A stretch of 64,000 nucleotides of DNA, taken from contig JBAZYN010000001.1 in the NCBI GenBank assembly GCA_041659325.1, positions 67,342 to 131,341 of the forward strand, written 5' to 3'. Position 1 is the stretch's first letter, and each line of letters opens with the position of its first letter. A model generated the notes under the pieces. That model was not told the DNA's origin, did no database searches, and was given only the letters and a program-made list of their open reading frames with translations. A program made the translations under genes and the position numbers. Positions 37,746-47,317 of this stretch are shown in pieces. The stretch comes from Candidatus Shapirobacteria bacterium (GTDB taxonomy: Bacteria; Patescibacteriota; Microgenomatia; UBA12405).

Positions 37746-39872
37746 ATGCCCAAACGCGGTCGCCGGCGAAAAGGGGGAATTGTTCCCTCTCTCCACCTAA
37801 AACCATCAACCATCCAGTCGATTTTTTTCATATTCTTTTCCGTCCTGTGTATTCTGTCGGTTTTCTCGTTTTTGCGAACAGGAACAATCCTGACCAAATA
37901 TAACGAAAATTTATCTCAATATTTTGGTTTTGGCTCAGTTGCTGTTCCTTTTCTGTTACTTTTGATTTCTTTCCTGTTTGCCAAAATAAAAACCCCCCTT
38001 AAAGAACTAAATGTTTTTCTTGGTTTTGTAATCATGTATATTTCGGTTATCAGTCTTTTTGGGCAGGGGCTGATCGGTAAGTTTTTTCTTCTCCAAATCC
38101 AAACCCTTTTTGGTTTTGTTCCCGCATATCTAATTTTTTCCTTTTTACTCATTGCCGGCTTTGTCGTTCTCTTCGATACCAGTGTTGTCCAGATAATTAA
38201 GTTTGTAATCATGATATTAGCCGGATTGAAAAAATACACTTTTGGAAATGTCTCCAAGTCAAAAGAAAAAAGAAGCAAGGAGTCAAAAGAAACCTTGTAT
38301 ATCCAATCGGATTCTCATCCGGCCAAGGAAGCCAAAGATAATACCGACAACAATGTGGTAAATGTTCCCCCGATTTTTAAAACCGCTCCCGTAATGCCGG
38401 TTCTGACATCCCCCAAAACTGCCACTTCATCCGGAAACCCCATATGGGAAAAACCCCCTATATCAATTTTTGACGGTACCCCCGGCGCAAAAGCCGATAG
38501 GGGAGACGTCAGAAAGAACGCCGATACCATCGAAAAAACTCTGGACTCTTTTGGTATTTCAGCCCGAGTTGCCGAGGTCAACGACAGCCCCTCGGTTACT
38601 CAGTACGCCCTCGAGGTCGCAATGGGCACTAAACTAGCAAAAATTGTTAATCTCTCAAACGACTTAGCTATGGCTCTGGCCGCTCCGGGTGGGCAAATCC
38701 GCGTTGAAGCTCCGATTCCCGGCCGATCTCTGGTTGGTATCGAAGTTCCCAATCGGTCTTTGGAGGTGGTTCCCATCCGTCGGATTTTGGAATCCGACAT
38801 TATGAAACAGTCAAAAAGCAAAATTACTGTTCCGCTTGGTTTGGACGTTGCCGGTAGGCCAAAAATTGCCGACATTTCAAAAATGCCCCATGTTCTGATA
38901 GCCGGGCAAACCGGATCGGGAAAATCAGTCTGTGTCAACTCCTGGATATGCTCGCTGCTTTTTAGGGCCTCTCCCGATGAAGTACGGTTGATTATGGTTG
39001 ATCCAAAAAGGGTCGAGCTTACCCCCTACAATGGTATCCCTCACTTGATATCACCGGTTATTGTCGAGCCGGAAAAGGTAATATCGGCCCTAAAATGGGC
39101 CGTCTCCGAAATGGAGCGAAGGTATAAGCTTTTTACCGAAGTAGGAGCCAAAAACATTGAAGGCTACAACAATCTCTCCGGACTTCAGCTGATTCCCTAT
39201 ATCATTATCCTTATTGATGAATTGGCTGAAATTATGATGTTTTCTCCCACAGAAGTCGAAGAAAATGTTTGTCGCTTGGCGCAAATGGCCAGGGCCGTCG
39301 GCATTCATCTGGTTTTGGCCACCCAAAGACCTTCAGTTAATGTTATTACCGGGCTTATAAAGGCAAACATTCCGACCAGAATGGCCTTTGCGGTTTCCTC
39401 TATGATGGATTCAAGGGTAATTCTCGACACTCCGGGGGCAGAAAAATTACTGGGTAGGGGGGATATGCTTTATATTCCGCCCGAGCTGGCAAAGCCGGTT
39501 AGAATTCAGGGGTGTTTTGTTTCCGACAAAGAAATAAATGGCCTGATTAATTTTTGGAAATCTCAAAAAACAGCCGACTACAACAGCGATGTCACTAGTC
39601 AACCGGTAAACAATCCGAATTCTTCAAGTAAAAATCTTGTTTCTGTCGGAGGGGAGGAGCGGGACACCGTCTTTGATGAGGCTATCAAAGTAATCACGGA
39701 GTCCGGAATCGCTTCATCCTCATTTCTCCAAAGGCGCCTGAAACTCGGATACGCCCGAGCCGCTCGTGTCTTAGACCAACTGCAGATAGCCGGAATTGTG
39801 GGGCCGGGAAAAGGTGCCAAACCCAGAGATATCTTAATTCCCCACGCAACACCGGTTGATGGAAATGAATAA
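37746..39872 (+). CDS. ftsK: DNA translocase FtsK/SpoIIIE.
   Basis: N-terminal TM region, AGQTGSGKS Walker A, winged-helix gamma domain at the C-terminus. Confidence 0.85.
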   Translation: MPKRGRRRKGGIVPSLHLKPSTIQSIFFIFFSVLCILSVFSFLRTGTILTKYNENLSQYFGFGSVAVPFLLLLISFLFAKIKTPLKELNVFLGFVIMYISVISLFGQGLIGKFFLLQIQTLFGFVPAYLIFSFLLIAGFVVLFDTSVVQIIKFVIMILAGLKKYTFGNVSKSKEKRSKESKETLYIQSDSHPAKEAKDNTDNNVVNVPPIFKTAPVMPVLTSPKTATSSGNPIWEKPPISIFDGTPGAKADRGDVRKNADTIEKTLDSFGISARVAEVNDSPSVTQYALEVAMGTKLAKIVNLSNDLAMALAAPGGQIRVEAPIPGRSLVGIEVPNRSLEVVPIRRILESDIMKQSKSKITVPLGLDVAGRPKIADISKMPHVLIAGQTGSGKSVCVNSWICSLLFRASPDEVRLIMVDPKRVELTPYNGIPHLISPVIVEPEKVISALKWAVSEMERRYKLFTEVGAKNIEGYNNLSGLQLIPYIIILIDELAEIMMFSPTEVEENVCRLAQMARAVGIHLVLATQRPSVNVITGLIKANIPTRMAFAVSSMMDSRVILDTPGAEKLLGRGDMLYIPPELAKPVRIQGCFVSDKEINGLINFWKSQKTADYNSDVTSQPVNNPNSSSKNLVSVGGEERDTVFDEAIKVITESGIASSSFLQRRLKLGYARAARVLDQLQIAGIVGPGKGAKPRDILIPHATPVDGNE

Positions 39873-39883
39873 CCGACACTATT

Positions 39884-40495
39884 ATGTATCGTGCCTCAAT
39901 CATCTTAAAAAACGCCAGATCAGATAAAGGTCTTAGCTTAGATGAAGTTTCAAAAAAATTAAAAATTCCCCAAAGATATCTTGAGTCAATCGAAAACGAG
40001 AATATACTTTGTTTTCCTCAGGAACCATATTGCTCGCTGATTATTAAAGATTATGCTGATTATTTAGGTCTAAACGGCCAACAAATTGTAGGTTTATTCC
40101 GCCGCGATTTCGCTCAAAAAAGAAAAACAAAAACTACTAACAAAAGTTTCATCAGTTTTACCCCCCAATTTACTTTTACCGTAATTATCTCCTTTCTTGT
40201 TATGTTGTTTTCTTTCTATCTTGTTTATGAGTATATAAAGTTCAACCGTCCCCCCAAATTAATAGTTGACTGGCCGGCCAAAAATATGGTTACCAAAGAT
40301 GTCGTCGAGATTAGGGGTTCCACCGATCCCGAATCCACCGTCAGGGTCAATCAGGACCTGGTCATTGTTGACCCGGAGGGGAATTTTACAAAAAAAATCA
40401 ATCTCCAGTCTGAAGAGACCAAAATTACCGTAGAATCAAAATCACCCAGCGGCAAAACTACTCAGGACGAAAGGACGGTCCGGGTAGTTAAGTGA
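39884..40495 (+). CDS. RodZ-like protein: XRE-type HTH, one TM segment and an extracytoplasmic domain.
   Basis: KGLSLDEVSKKLKIPQRYLESIEN HTH; TM segment FTVIISFLVMLFSFYLVY. Confidence 0.5.
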   Translation: MYRASIILKNARSDKGLSLDEVSKKLKIPQRYLESIENENILCFPQEPYCSLIIKDYADYLGLNGQQIVGLFRRDFAQKRKTKTTNKSFISFTPQFTFTVIISFLVMLFSFYLVYEYIKFNRPPKLIVDWPAKNMVTKDVVEIRGSTDPESTVRVNQDLVIVDPEGNFTKKINLQSEETKITVESKSPSGKTTQDERTVRVVK

Positions 40496-40526
40496 AATCT
40501 TTCGCAAATTAGTTTATACTGAAACC

Positions 40527-40802
40527 ATGGATGTAACACAAATCATTATCATTGTCAGCATTATTTCTGTCTCTGTCGTCATTATTGTTTGTGGAGTCTG
40601 GGTCGCCCTGATCCTCAAAGAGCTAAAAAGTACCGTAATAAAAACCAATAGCATTCTGGACGACACAAAACTTATAACCTCATCGGTGGCGCAGCCGGTC
40701 AGTACGATCTCCGAATTTCTCTCCGGTTTCAAAAGCGGCATAAATTTACTAAATTCTTTTTTCAAAAAGAAGGAGAAAGCACTAAAAAATGACCAGGCAT
40801 GA
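40527..40802 (+). CDS. Small single-pass membrane protein (DUF948/YtxG-like?).
   Basis: N-terminal TM, amphipathic C-terminus; overlaps the next small gene by 14 nt. Confidence 0.35.
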   Translation: MDVTQIIIIVSIISVSVVIIVCGVWVALILKELKSTVIKTNSILDDTKLITSSVAQPVSTISEFLSGFKSGINLLNSFFKKKEKALKNDQA

Positions 40803-41061
40803 ACCTTGTCAGTGTTGCCAAGGAGATGAGTGTGGCTCAAGCGGATTCCTATTTGGTCTGATAGTCGGATTGATAATCGGCGCTGTTATTGCCATCCTCA
40901 TTTACCGCCACAACAAAAGCGAGGTGGTGGAAGTATTAAAAAGAAAAATTAATAAGTTTATCTCTCGTATAGAAAGTAACAAGGATACCGAAACTTATTC
41001 ACAAAAAAAAGTTCACCCGAAAACTACAAAATCTCACCCAAAAACCTTTCTGGTTAAATAA
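40789..41061 (+). CDS. Small membrane protein: N-terminal Cys cluster (CQCCQGDEC) plus a YtxH-like TM/amphipathic region.
   Basis: GFLFGLIVGLIIGAVIAILIY followed by a charged helix. Confidence 0.35.
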   Translation: MTRHEPCQCCQGDECGSSGFLFGLIVGLIIGAVIAILIYRHNKSEVVEVLKRKINKFISRIESNKDTETYSQKKVHPKTTKSHPKTFLVK

Positions 41062-41084
41062 TCCAGTTTTGTTATAATTCCCTC

Positions 41085-42902
41085 ATGAACGCGCAGGATC
41101 TAAAGAATAAATTTGTCGCTTTTTTTGTCGACAAAAATCACAAAGAGATCCCGTCTTCCAGGCTAGTGCCCGAAAACGACCCCACCACCCTGTTTGTTTC
41201 TGCCGGTATTCAGCCTCTTGTCCCCTATTTTTTAGGGAAAGAGCATCCCAGTGGCAGTCGCTTGGTTAATGTCCAAAAATGTGTCCGCACTGGTGACATT
41301 GAAGAAGTTGGTGATCCTATTCATCACACTTTTTTTGAAATGTTAGGCAATTGGTCTTTAGGAGACTATTTTAAAGATGAAATGATTCCTTGGAGCTTTG
41401 TATTTCTTACGAAAGATTTGAATATTTCTATTAACAATCTGGCTGTTAGTTGCTTTCTTGGTGACAGTGATGCCCCTAAAGATGAAGAAACGGCCAAACT
41501 TTGGACAGAACAGGGGGTTCCCCCATCAAGAATTGCTTTTCTCCCAAAATCCAACAACTGGTGGGGCCCTCCGGGTGTCACTGGTCCTTGTGGCACTGAT
41601 ACGGAGATGTTTTATTGGACAGGTAGCGACCCTGCTCCTGATATTTTTAACCCAGAAGACAGTCGATGGGTCGAAATTTGGAATGATGTTTTAATCCAAT
41701 ATTTTAAAAATGATCAGGGCAAATACGAAAAATTAATTCAAAATAATATTGACACCGGCATGGGGGTCGAAAGAACCATAGCGATATTAAATGGATTTGC
41801 CGATAACTATCAAACAGATATCTGGCAGCCGATAATCAAAAAAATAGAAGAACTAACAAAGCTCCAATACGGTGATAAAACTGATGACTTTTATATGAAA
41901 GATAACAAACAGTGTTGGGTTGATGTTCGAAAGTCAATGCGGATTATCGCCGATCATATCCGCTCGGCTGTATTCATCATGGCTGATGGGGTAGAACCAT
42001 CCAACAAGGAAAGTGGGTATGTTCTTCGACGTCTAATCCGCCGGGCTATTCGTCAAGGTAAGCTCCTGGGTATAGAAAATAACTTTATCGTTGAAATTGC
42101 CAAGTCCGTTTTCGACAATCAAAATAACTTTGCCGGCATTTATCCGGAACTTGATTTAAACAAGGATAAAATTTTGCAGGATCTTGAAATCGAAGAGACA
42201 AAATTTAGGAAAACGCTCAATAATGGCCTGAGAGAATTAAACAAAATTATCGACCAGAAAAAGCAAATTAGTAGTCAGCAAGCTTTCACCCTATACGAAA
42301 GTTTTGGCTTCCCTGTTGAAATGATAAACGAAGAATTATCAAAATATAACCAACAAATAAATATCAACGACTTTCAGAAGCTAAAACAAGCCCACCAGGA
42401 CAAATCACGCACCCTGTCTGCCGGAAAATTTAAAAGCGGTTTGGCCGACAATTCTAACGTCATTACTCAGTATCACACTGCCACCCACATGCTCCATGCG
42501 GCCCTGAGGCTTGTTTTGGGTGACCATGTCCAACAATCTGGTTCCAACATTACCTCAGAGCGTCTGCGCTTTGATTTTACTCATCCGGAAAAATTAAACG
42601 AACAACAACTCCTGCATATCTCTGATATTGTTAATCAAAAGATAAACGAATCCCTCCCTGTAACCTGTCAGATAATGCTGTTTTCCGAAGCTCAAAAAAT
42701 AGGATCATTAGCATTTTTTGGCACCAAGTATCCGGAAAAAGTCTCCGTCTATACCGTTGGCGACTATACCAACTATTTTTCAAGAGAAGTCTGTACCGGC
42801 CCCCACGTCAAAAATACTTCCGAACTCGGGATATTTGAGATTATCAAGGAAGAGTCATCGGGATCAGGCAAGAGAAGGATATATGCTGTCCTAAAAATAT
42901 AG
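41085..42902 (+). CDS. alaS: Alanyl-tRNA synthetase, truncated form (catalytic, tRNA-binding and editing domains; no C-Ala domain).
   Basis: Class II core FVSAGIQPL..., editing HxxxH (HTATHMLHAAL) and CTGPHV; ends at 605 aa. Confidence 0.85.
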   Translation: MNAQDLKNKFVAFFVDKNHKEIPSSRLVPENDPTTLFVSAGIQPLVPYFLGKEHPSGSRLVNVQKCVRTGDIEEVGDPIHHTFFEMLGNWSLGDYFKDEMIPWSFVFLTKDLNISINNLAVSCFLGDSDAPKDEETAKLWTEQGVPPSRIAFLPKSNNWWGPPGVTGPCGTDTEMFYWTGSDPAPDIFNPEDSRWVEIWNDVLIQYFKNDQGKYEKLIQNNIDTGMGVERTIAILNGFADNYQTDIWQPIIKKIEELTKLQYGDKTDDFYMKDNKQCWVDVRKSMRIIADHIRSAVFIMADGVEPSNKESGYVLRRLIRRAIRQGKLLGIENNFIVEIAKSVFDNQNNFAGIYPELDLNKDKILQDLEIEETKFRKTLNNGLRELNKIIDQKKQISSQQAFTLYESFGFPVEMINEELSKYNQQININDFQKLKQAHQDKSRTLSAGKFKSGLADNSNVITQYHTATHMLHAALRLVLGDHVQQSGSNITSERLRFDFTHPEKLNEQQLLHISDIVNQKINESLPVTCQIMLFSEAQKIGSLAFFGTKYPEKVSVYTVGDYTNYFSREVCTGPHVKNTSELGIFEIIKEESSGSGKRRIYAVLKI

Positions 42903-42914
42903 TATCCTTAACCA

Positions 42915-45014
42915 ATGGAAAATCGTTTTTGGCTTATTCTTATCGGTAATTCAACCGCCTGTGCGTCCTTAATTTCCGATGAAAACGGTAAATTCGATGT
43001 AGTTTCAATTGGACCAAAGATGAAGTGGAGTCTCGAGGATGATACCTCCATAATTCCCGCCGTCGATCAGTCGCTTTCAATAGCTAGCCAGTCAATAAAC
43101 TTGCCGGAAGATTCAGAGCCTGGGAACGTCTCTTTTATTATCCCCTCAGATTGGGTGGGTCCCGACGACAAAATATTTCCGGATTACAAGAAGTTATTGT
43201 CAGATCTCATCAAAAATCTCAAGTTAAAACCGATGGGGTATATCGCTCACAGCGAAGCCATTATTGAATATCCGACATATAAAGACAATAGTTTTATTCT
43301 TCTCCACCTATACGAAGGAGGTTTTTACTGTTCTCTAGTTTATTTTGGAAAAATTAAAAATAGGATTGAAAAAACATACTCTGAAGATTTTCGGCCTGAA
43401 TTTCTCGAAGCTGTCTTGACAGAAGCAAAAATAGACTCAACTCTGCCACCTCAAATCGTAGTTTTTGGAGAGGTAAACGATCTAATAGAAGAGGCATTAA
43501 AAAACTACCCATGGCTCGGTAAAAAAAATATTGAAACATTTCTCCACTCACCGTCAATTCAGGTGCTAAAAGAAAATGAAACGATAAATATTTTCGCCAG
43601 ATTCATCGTCAGCCAACTCCACTCAAAACTTCCTGATACTGAAAATGAGATAAGTGAACAGAACATTACCGAAACTATCGAAGTCCCTCCAAAGGAAACA
43701 GAAGAAGTTGGACCCGAAGATTTGGGCTTTAGCGGCTCTTCAAAAATTATTTCAACACCTGTGGTCGAAAAATTACTTTCCCAGATAGAAGAAACTATTC
43801 CATCCCCGTCTTTCCCGGTCATTCGTCCGAAACCAAAATTAAAAATATCATTCCCTCAAATCCATTTCAAATTTAACCGCCTCCTATATATTCTTGCTTT
43901 GTCCCCCCTGCTCATTCTTATTCCGGTTATCTTCTCGCGTACCGATGTTGACCTCTTCGTAACTCCATATGTTTTTTCCTTAAAAACTGATGCCGTTCTT
44001 GATTCGTCAGTAGACCAGGTAAATCCACAAAAACATATTATTCCCGTAACCAAAAAAACAATCCCCGTCACTACATCTTTGAGCACCAAAACAACCGGTC
44101 AAAAAACAATTGGGGAAAAAGCCAAGGGGGAAATTACTGTTTACAATAAATCTGACAAAATCCAAAACATTCCCAAAGGGACCGTGCTGATCGACAAATC
44201 CGGTTTGAAATTTGACATTACAAATGCAGTCAGTATCAGCCCCGGCGTTTCTGATCTCGAAAAAGGAGTAATAAATCTTGGGAAGACCAATATTATTGCC
44301 ACCGCCCAAGATATCGGTCCAGAATATAATATTTCCAAAGGGGCAACCCTTTCGTTCAAGGACACCCCGGAAAGTATTTTAGTCTCAAAGGTAAACGAAT
44401 CGTTTGCCGGCGGTAGCAAACGTACCATCAACGCCGTCAGTTCAGAAGACAAAAAAACCATCGAAAAAAAAGTTCAGGAAAAAATTGCCCTCTCGGTTGA
44501 AGAAAAAATAAACACTGATCTCAGCGGAAATAACAACATCATCAAGGATTCCATTCAAAGTAAAACTAGCCGAATCGAATACAATCGTGAGGTCGGAGAA
44601 GAGGCAGAGGAGTTAAAAGCCGATATTAGTGCCACGGTTTCCTTTTTTGTCTTATCAGAAACCGTAAAAAACGAAACAACCTCCTCATTCCTTTCCTCAG
44701 ACGAAAACTTTTCCAAAGCAGTCTTCGACCCGAAATTATTTAAACTAAACTTCAAAGTTGCAAAAAATGAAACAGACCGATCCACGGGAGTTGCTGAAAT
44801 CGACGGCAAAGCTCTGCCGATAATCGACCAGGCCGATTTGCGCAATAGTATCAGGGGGAAAAGCAAAGCGGAAGCCGAAAAGATAATAATAGAAAAAATT
44901 CCCCGGGCATATAAAATTCATATTAATCACCGCCCGCCGTATATAACATTTTTTAATCTCTTGCCTTTCCGCCAGGAAAATATTAATGTCAAAGTAAACA
45001 CCGAGTCGTTATGA
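42915..45014 (+). CDS. 699-aa bitopic protein: cytoplasmic N-domain (possibly actin-like ATPase of FtsA/PilM type), one TM segment, large extracytoplasmic C-domain with internal repeats.
   Basis: WLILIGNSTACASLISDENG resembles the phosphate-1 motif of actin-like ATPases (weak); TM LLYILALSPLLILIPVIFS; Lys/Thr-rich beta-type repeats in the C-domain. Confidence 0.45.
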   Translation: MENRFWLILIGNSTACASLISDENGKFDVVSIGPKMKWSLEDDTSIIPAVDQSLSIASQSINLPEDSEPGNVSFIIPSDWVGPDDKIFPDYKKLLSDLIKNLKLKPMGYIAHSEAIIEYPTYKDNSFILLHLYEGGFYCSLVYFGKIKNRIEKTYSEDFRPEFLEAVLTEAKIDSTLPPQIVVFGEVNDLIEEALKNYPWLGKKNIETFLHSPSIQVLKENETINIFARFIVSQLHSKLPDTENEISEQNITETIEVPPKETEEVGPEDLGFSGSSKIISTPVVEKLLSQIEETIPSPSFPVIRPKPKLKISFPQIHFKFNRLLYILALSPLLILIPVIFSRTDVDLFVTPYVFSLKTDAVLDSSVDQVNPQKHIIPVTKKTIPVTTSLSTKTTGQKTIGEKAKGEITVYNKSDKIQNIPKGTVLIDKSGLKFDITNAVSISPGVSDLEKGVINLGKTNIIATAQDIGPEYNISKGATLSFKDTPESILVSKVNESFAGGSKRTINAVSSEDKKTIEKKVQEKIALSVEEKINTDLSGNNNIIKDSIQSKTSRIEYNREVGEEAEELKADISATVSFFVLSETVKNETTSSFLSSDENFSKAVFDPKLFKLNFKVAKNETDRSTGVAEIDGKALPIIDQADLRNSIRGKSKAEAEKIIIEKIPRAYKIHINHRPPYITFFNLLPFRQENINVKVNTESL

Positions 45015-45745
45015 CATATTTGTATATTAAAAAACTTCCATCCCAAAAAAGAACGAAAAAACTGTCAAGACCAAAAAGGAAGTTTTTTGCCATCACTCTT
45101 TTTATTTTTGGGATATTTCTTTTTGCTTCTGCCATCCTGCCTATTATCCAATTCCAACTCGAGTATTCCACCAAGTTTAACCAAATTCTAAATCCTCTTT
45201 CAACCAAATATTACAACCAATCGGGTAATATTCTTGGCAGCGCGACCGATTTCACCCAATTAGATAACTGGTTTGCCCCAGACTATCAGGGAATCCAAAC
45301 GACAGTTACCTCGCCGGTTTCACCGGGTAATAGTGTGACCTATTCTATTTCAATCCCAAAATTGAAAATCGACAGAGCCTCAGTTGCTCTTGGTAGTATG
45401 GACCTCAAAAAAACCCTTGTCCAATACCCCCAGACTGCTCTCCCTGGACAGCTTGGGAATTCGGTTATTTTCGGCCATTCTGTCCTCCCGCAATTTTTTA
45501 ATCCAAAGTCTTATATTACAATCTTCTCCACCTTGTTTCGGTTAAAACAGGGAGATGAAATCTATGTTAACTACGACGATATCCAATATAAATATCTGGT
45601 TGAGGAAATGTTTGAGGTCCAACCCACAGATCTATCGGTGCTCGAGCAGCGGTTTGACGGAAAGTACCTAACTCTGATTACCTGTAGTCCTCCTGGCACT
45701 TATCTTCGGAGGTTAATTATAAAATCCAGGATTGTAGATATTTAA
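45011..45745 (+). CDS. Sortase-family transpeptidase.
   Basis: N-terminal TM anchor, catalytic His (VIFGHSVLP), TLITC motif (YLTLITCSPPGT), conserved Arg (LRRLIIKSR). Confidence 0.7.
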   Translation: MTYLYIKKLPSQKRTKKLSRPKRKFFAITLFIFGIFLFASAILPIIQFQLEYSTKFNQILNPLSTKYYNQSGNILGSATDFTQLDNWFAPDYQGIQTTVTSPVSPGNSVTYSISIPKLKIDRASVALGSMDLKKTLVQYPQTALPGQLGNSVIFGHSVLPQFFNPKSYITIFSTLFRLKQGDEIYVNYDDIQYKYLVEEMFEVQPTDLSVLEQRFDGKYLTLITCSPPGTYLRRLIIKSRIVDI

Positions 45746-45758
45746 TATTTTTTGAAAC

Positions 45759-46130
45759 ATGAACATACTAGGAATTGATTACGGTCTAAAAAGAATTGGT
45801 TTAGCCATTTCGATTAGCGGTATTATTTCCCCGCTTGCAGTAATTCAAAACGACACAAAGACGCTAATCCAAATTAAAAAAATTATCAACCAAAATCGGG
45901 TTGAAAAAATATATATTGGTATCTCTGAGGGTAATTTCGCTGTCAAAACTCACCAGTTTGTTAAATACCTCAAGACCATGATAAACTTACCAATAGAGAC
46001 GGTTGAAGAAGCAGTTTCGACAATCGAAGCAGACGCAATCTATTTAGCAAATAAGAACAAAAAAAGCGACTACAAAAAAAGCATTGATTCCGTCGCTGCG
46101 GCCGTTATCTTAAGAAGAGTTATTGATTAA
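45759..46130 (+). CDS. ruvX: Holliday-junction resolvase-like YqgF/RuvX.
   Basis: MNILGIDYGLKRIGLAIS N-terminus. Confidence 0.8.
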   Translation: MNILGIDYGLKRIGLAISISGIISPLAVIQNDTKTLIQIKKIINQNRVEKIYIGISEGNFAVKTHQFVKYLKTMINLPIETVEEAVSTIEADAIYLANKNKKSDYKKSIDSVAAAVILRRVID

Positions 46131-46136
46131 AGTTAT

Positions 46137-46334
46137 ATGATAAAAAATTTAATATCCCCAATCCAGGCATGGTTAATCTCTCAAGGTCGTTGTGTCGGAT
46201 GTGGTACTCCCTTAAAAAACGGCAAAAGAAAGGATGTTCGGGGCAAGACTACTGTCACCTGCAAGTGTGGTCGAATCTTTATCCACGATACTCCAAGCAA
46301 TAAATATCGGAGAGCTCTTTTTGAAGAGGTATAG
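46137..46334 (+). CDS. Small zinc-ribbon protein (CxxC...CxC).
   Basis: CVGCG...CKCG. Confidence 0.35.
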   Translation: MIKNLISPIQAWLISQGRCVGCGTPLKNGKRKDVRGKTTVTCKCGRIFIHDTPSNKYRRALFEEV

Positions 46335-46345
46335 GCCATTACTTA

Positions 46346-47311
46346 ATGAAGAAACTCGTTTTCGTCATAACCGCAATAGTCCTCGCAACCACAGCTACCG
46401 CCTCGGGATGGTTTTTTGCAAGCATTAAGCCATATTCACCGTCAGATAGCAAACAAATTAGTTTCGTCATCAACAGAGGAGACGGGTTGGTATCAATCGG
46501 TCGTCGGCTTAAGACTCTAAAGATTATCAAAGACAATTACTCCTTTACTCTTTTGGCCTATATTCTGGGGCTTGATAAAAAATTACAAGCCGGAGATTTT
46601 CTTGTCTCACCCTCCTTATCCGTCGGAGAGATTATTAAAAAACTCTCGACGGCAGGCACCCACGACTACTGGCTTCAAATAATCGGCGGTATGAGAAACG
46701 AGGAAATAGCCGAAAAATTACCCGATAATTTACCTTTTCGCCCAGATGAGTTTTTAAGCTACTCGGCTGATAAACAAGGACATCTTTTCCCCGACAGTTA
46801 TCTTATTCCTGAAGCCTACTCCCCCGAACAGATCGTCAAACTTATTAGAAAAAATTTTGACACTAATATGATAAAAGCCAAACAGGATGCTACGAGCACC
46901 GATATCTCCGAAGAAGATGCCATTATTCTTGCTTCCCTTATTGAAAGAGAAGGCCGATCTCTGGAATCAAAAACATTCATCGCCGGGATTTTATTAAACC
47001 GATTGGAAGCCAATATCCCGCTTCAAGTTGATGCCTCAGTTCAATACGCCAGAGATACCAAAAAAATCCCTCAAAAATACTGGGAACCGCTCGCAAAAAG
47101 GGACCTCCAAATTATTTCTCCATTCAATACCTACCTAAACAGTGGTCTCCCTCCATCCCCCATATGTAATCCGGGATTTGACTCAATTTTTGCAGTTTTT
47201 CATCCCACCCCATCTGATTATCTTTTTTATATCACCGGCAACGACAATAAAATGCATTACGCCAAAACTCTCGACGAACACAACCAAAATATCCGAAACT
47301 ATCTAAATTAA
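46346..47311 (+). CDS. mltG: Endolytic murein transglycosylase MltG (YceG family).
   Basis: N-terminal TM then YceG domain (SGLPPSPICNPG near the C-terminus). Confidence 0.8.
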   Translation: MKKLVFVITAIVLATTATASGWFFASIKPYSPSDSKQISFVINRGDGLVSIGRRLKTLKIIKDNYSFTLLAYILGLDKKLQAGDFLVSPSLSVGEIIKKLSTAGTHDYWLQIIGGMRNEEIAEKLPDNLPFRPDEFLSYSADKQGHLFPDSYLIPEAYSPEQIVKLIRKNFDTNMIKAKQDATSTDISEEDAIILASLIEREGRSLESKTFIAGILLNRLEANIPLQVDASVQYARDTKKIPQKYWEPLAKRDLQIISPFNTYLNSGLPPSPICNPGFDSIFAVFHPTPSDYLFYITGNDNKMHYAKTLDEHNQNIRNYLN

Positions 47312-47317
47312 CCAATC

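Noticed and set aside
40514-40840. 108-aa minus-strand ORF overlapping the two small plus-strand membrane-protein genes.
   Set aside because: It fully overlaps two coupled plus-strand ORFs in a window where nearly every gene is on the plus strand. There is no start context. It is probably a shadow ORF.
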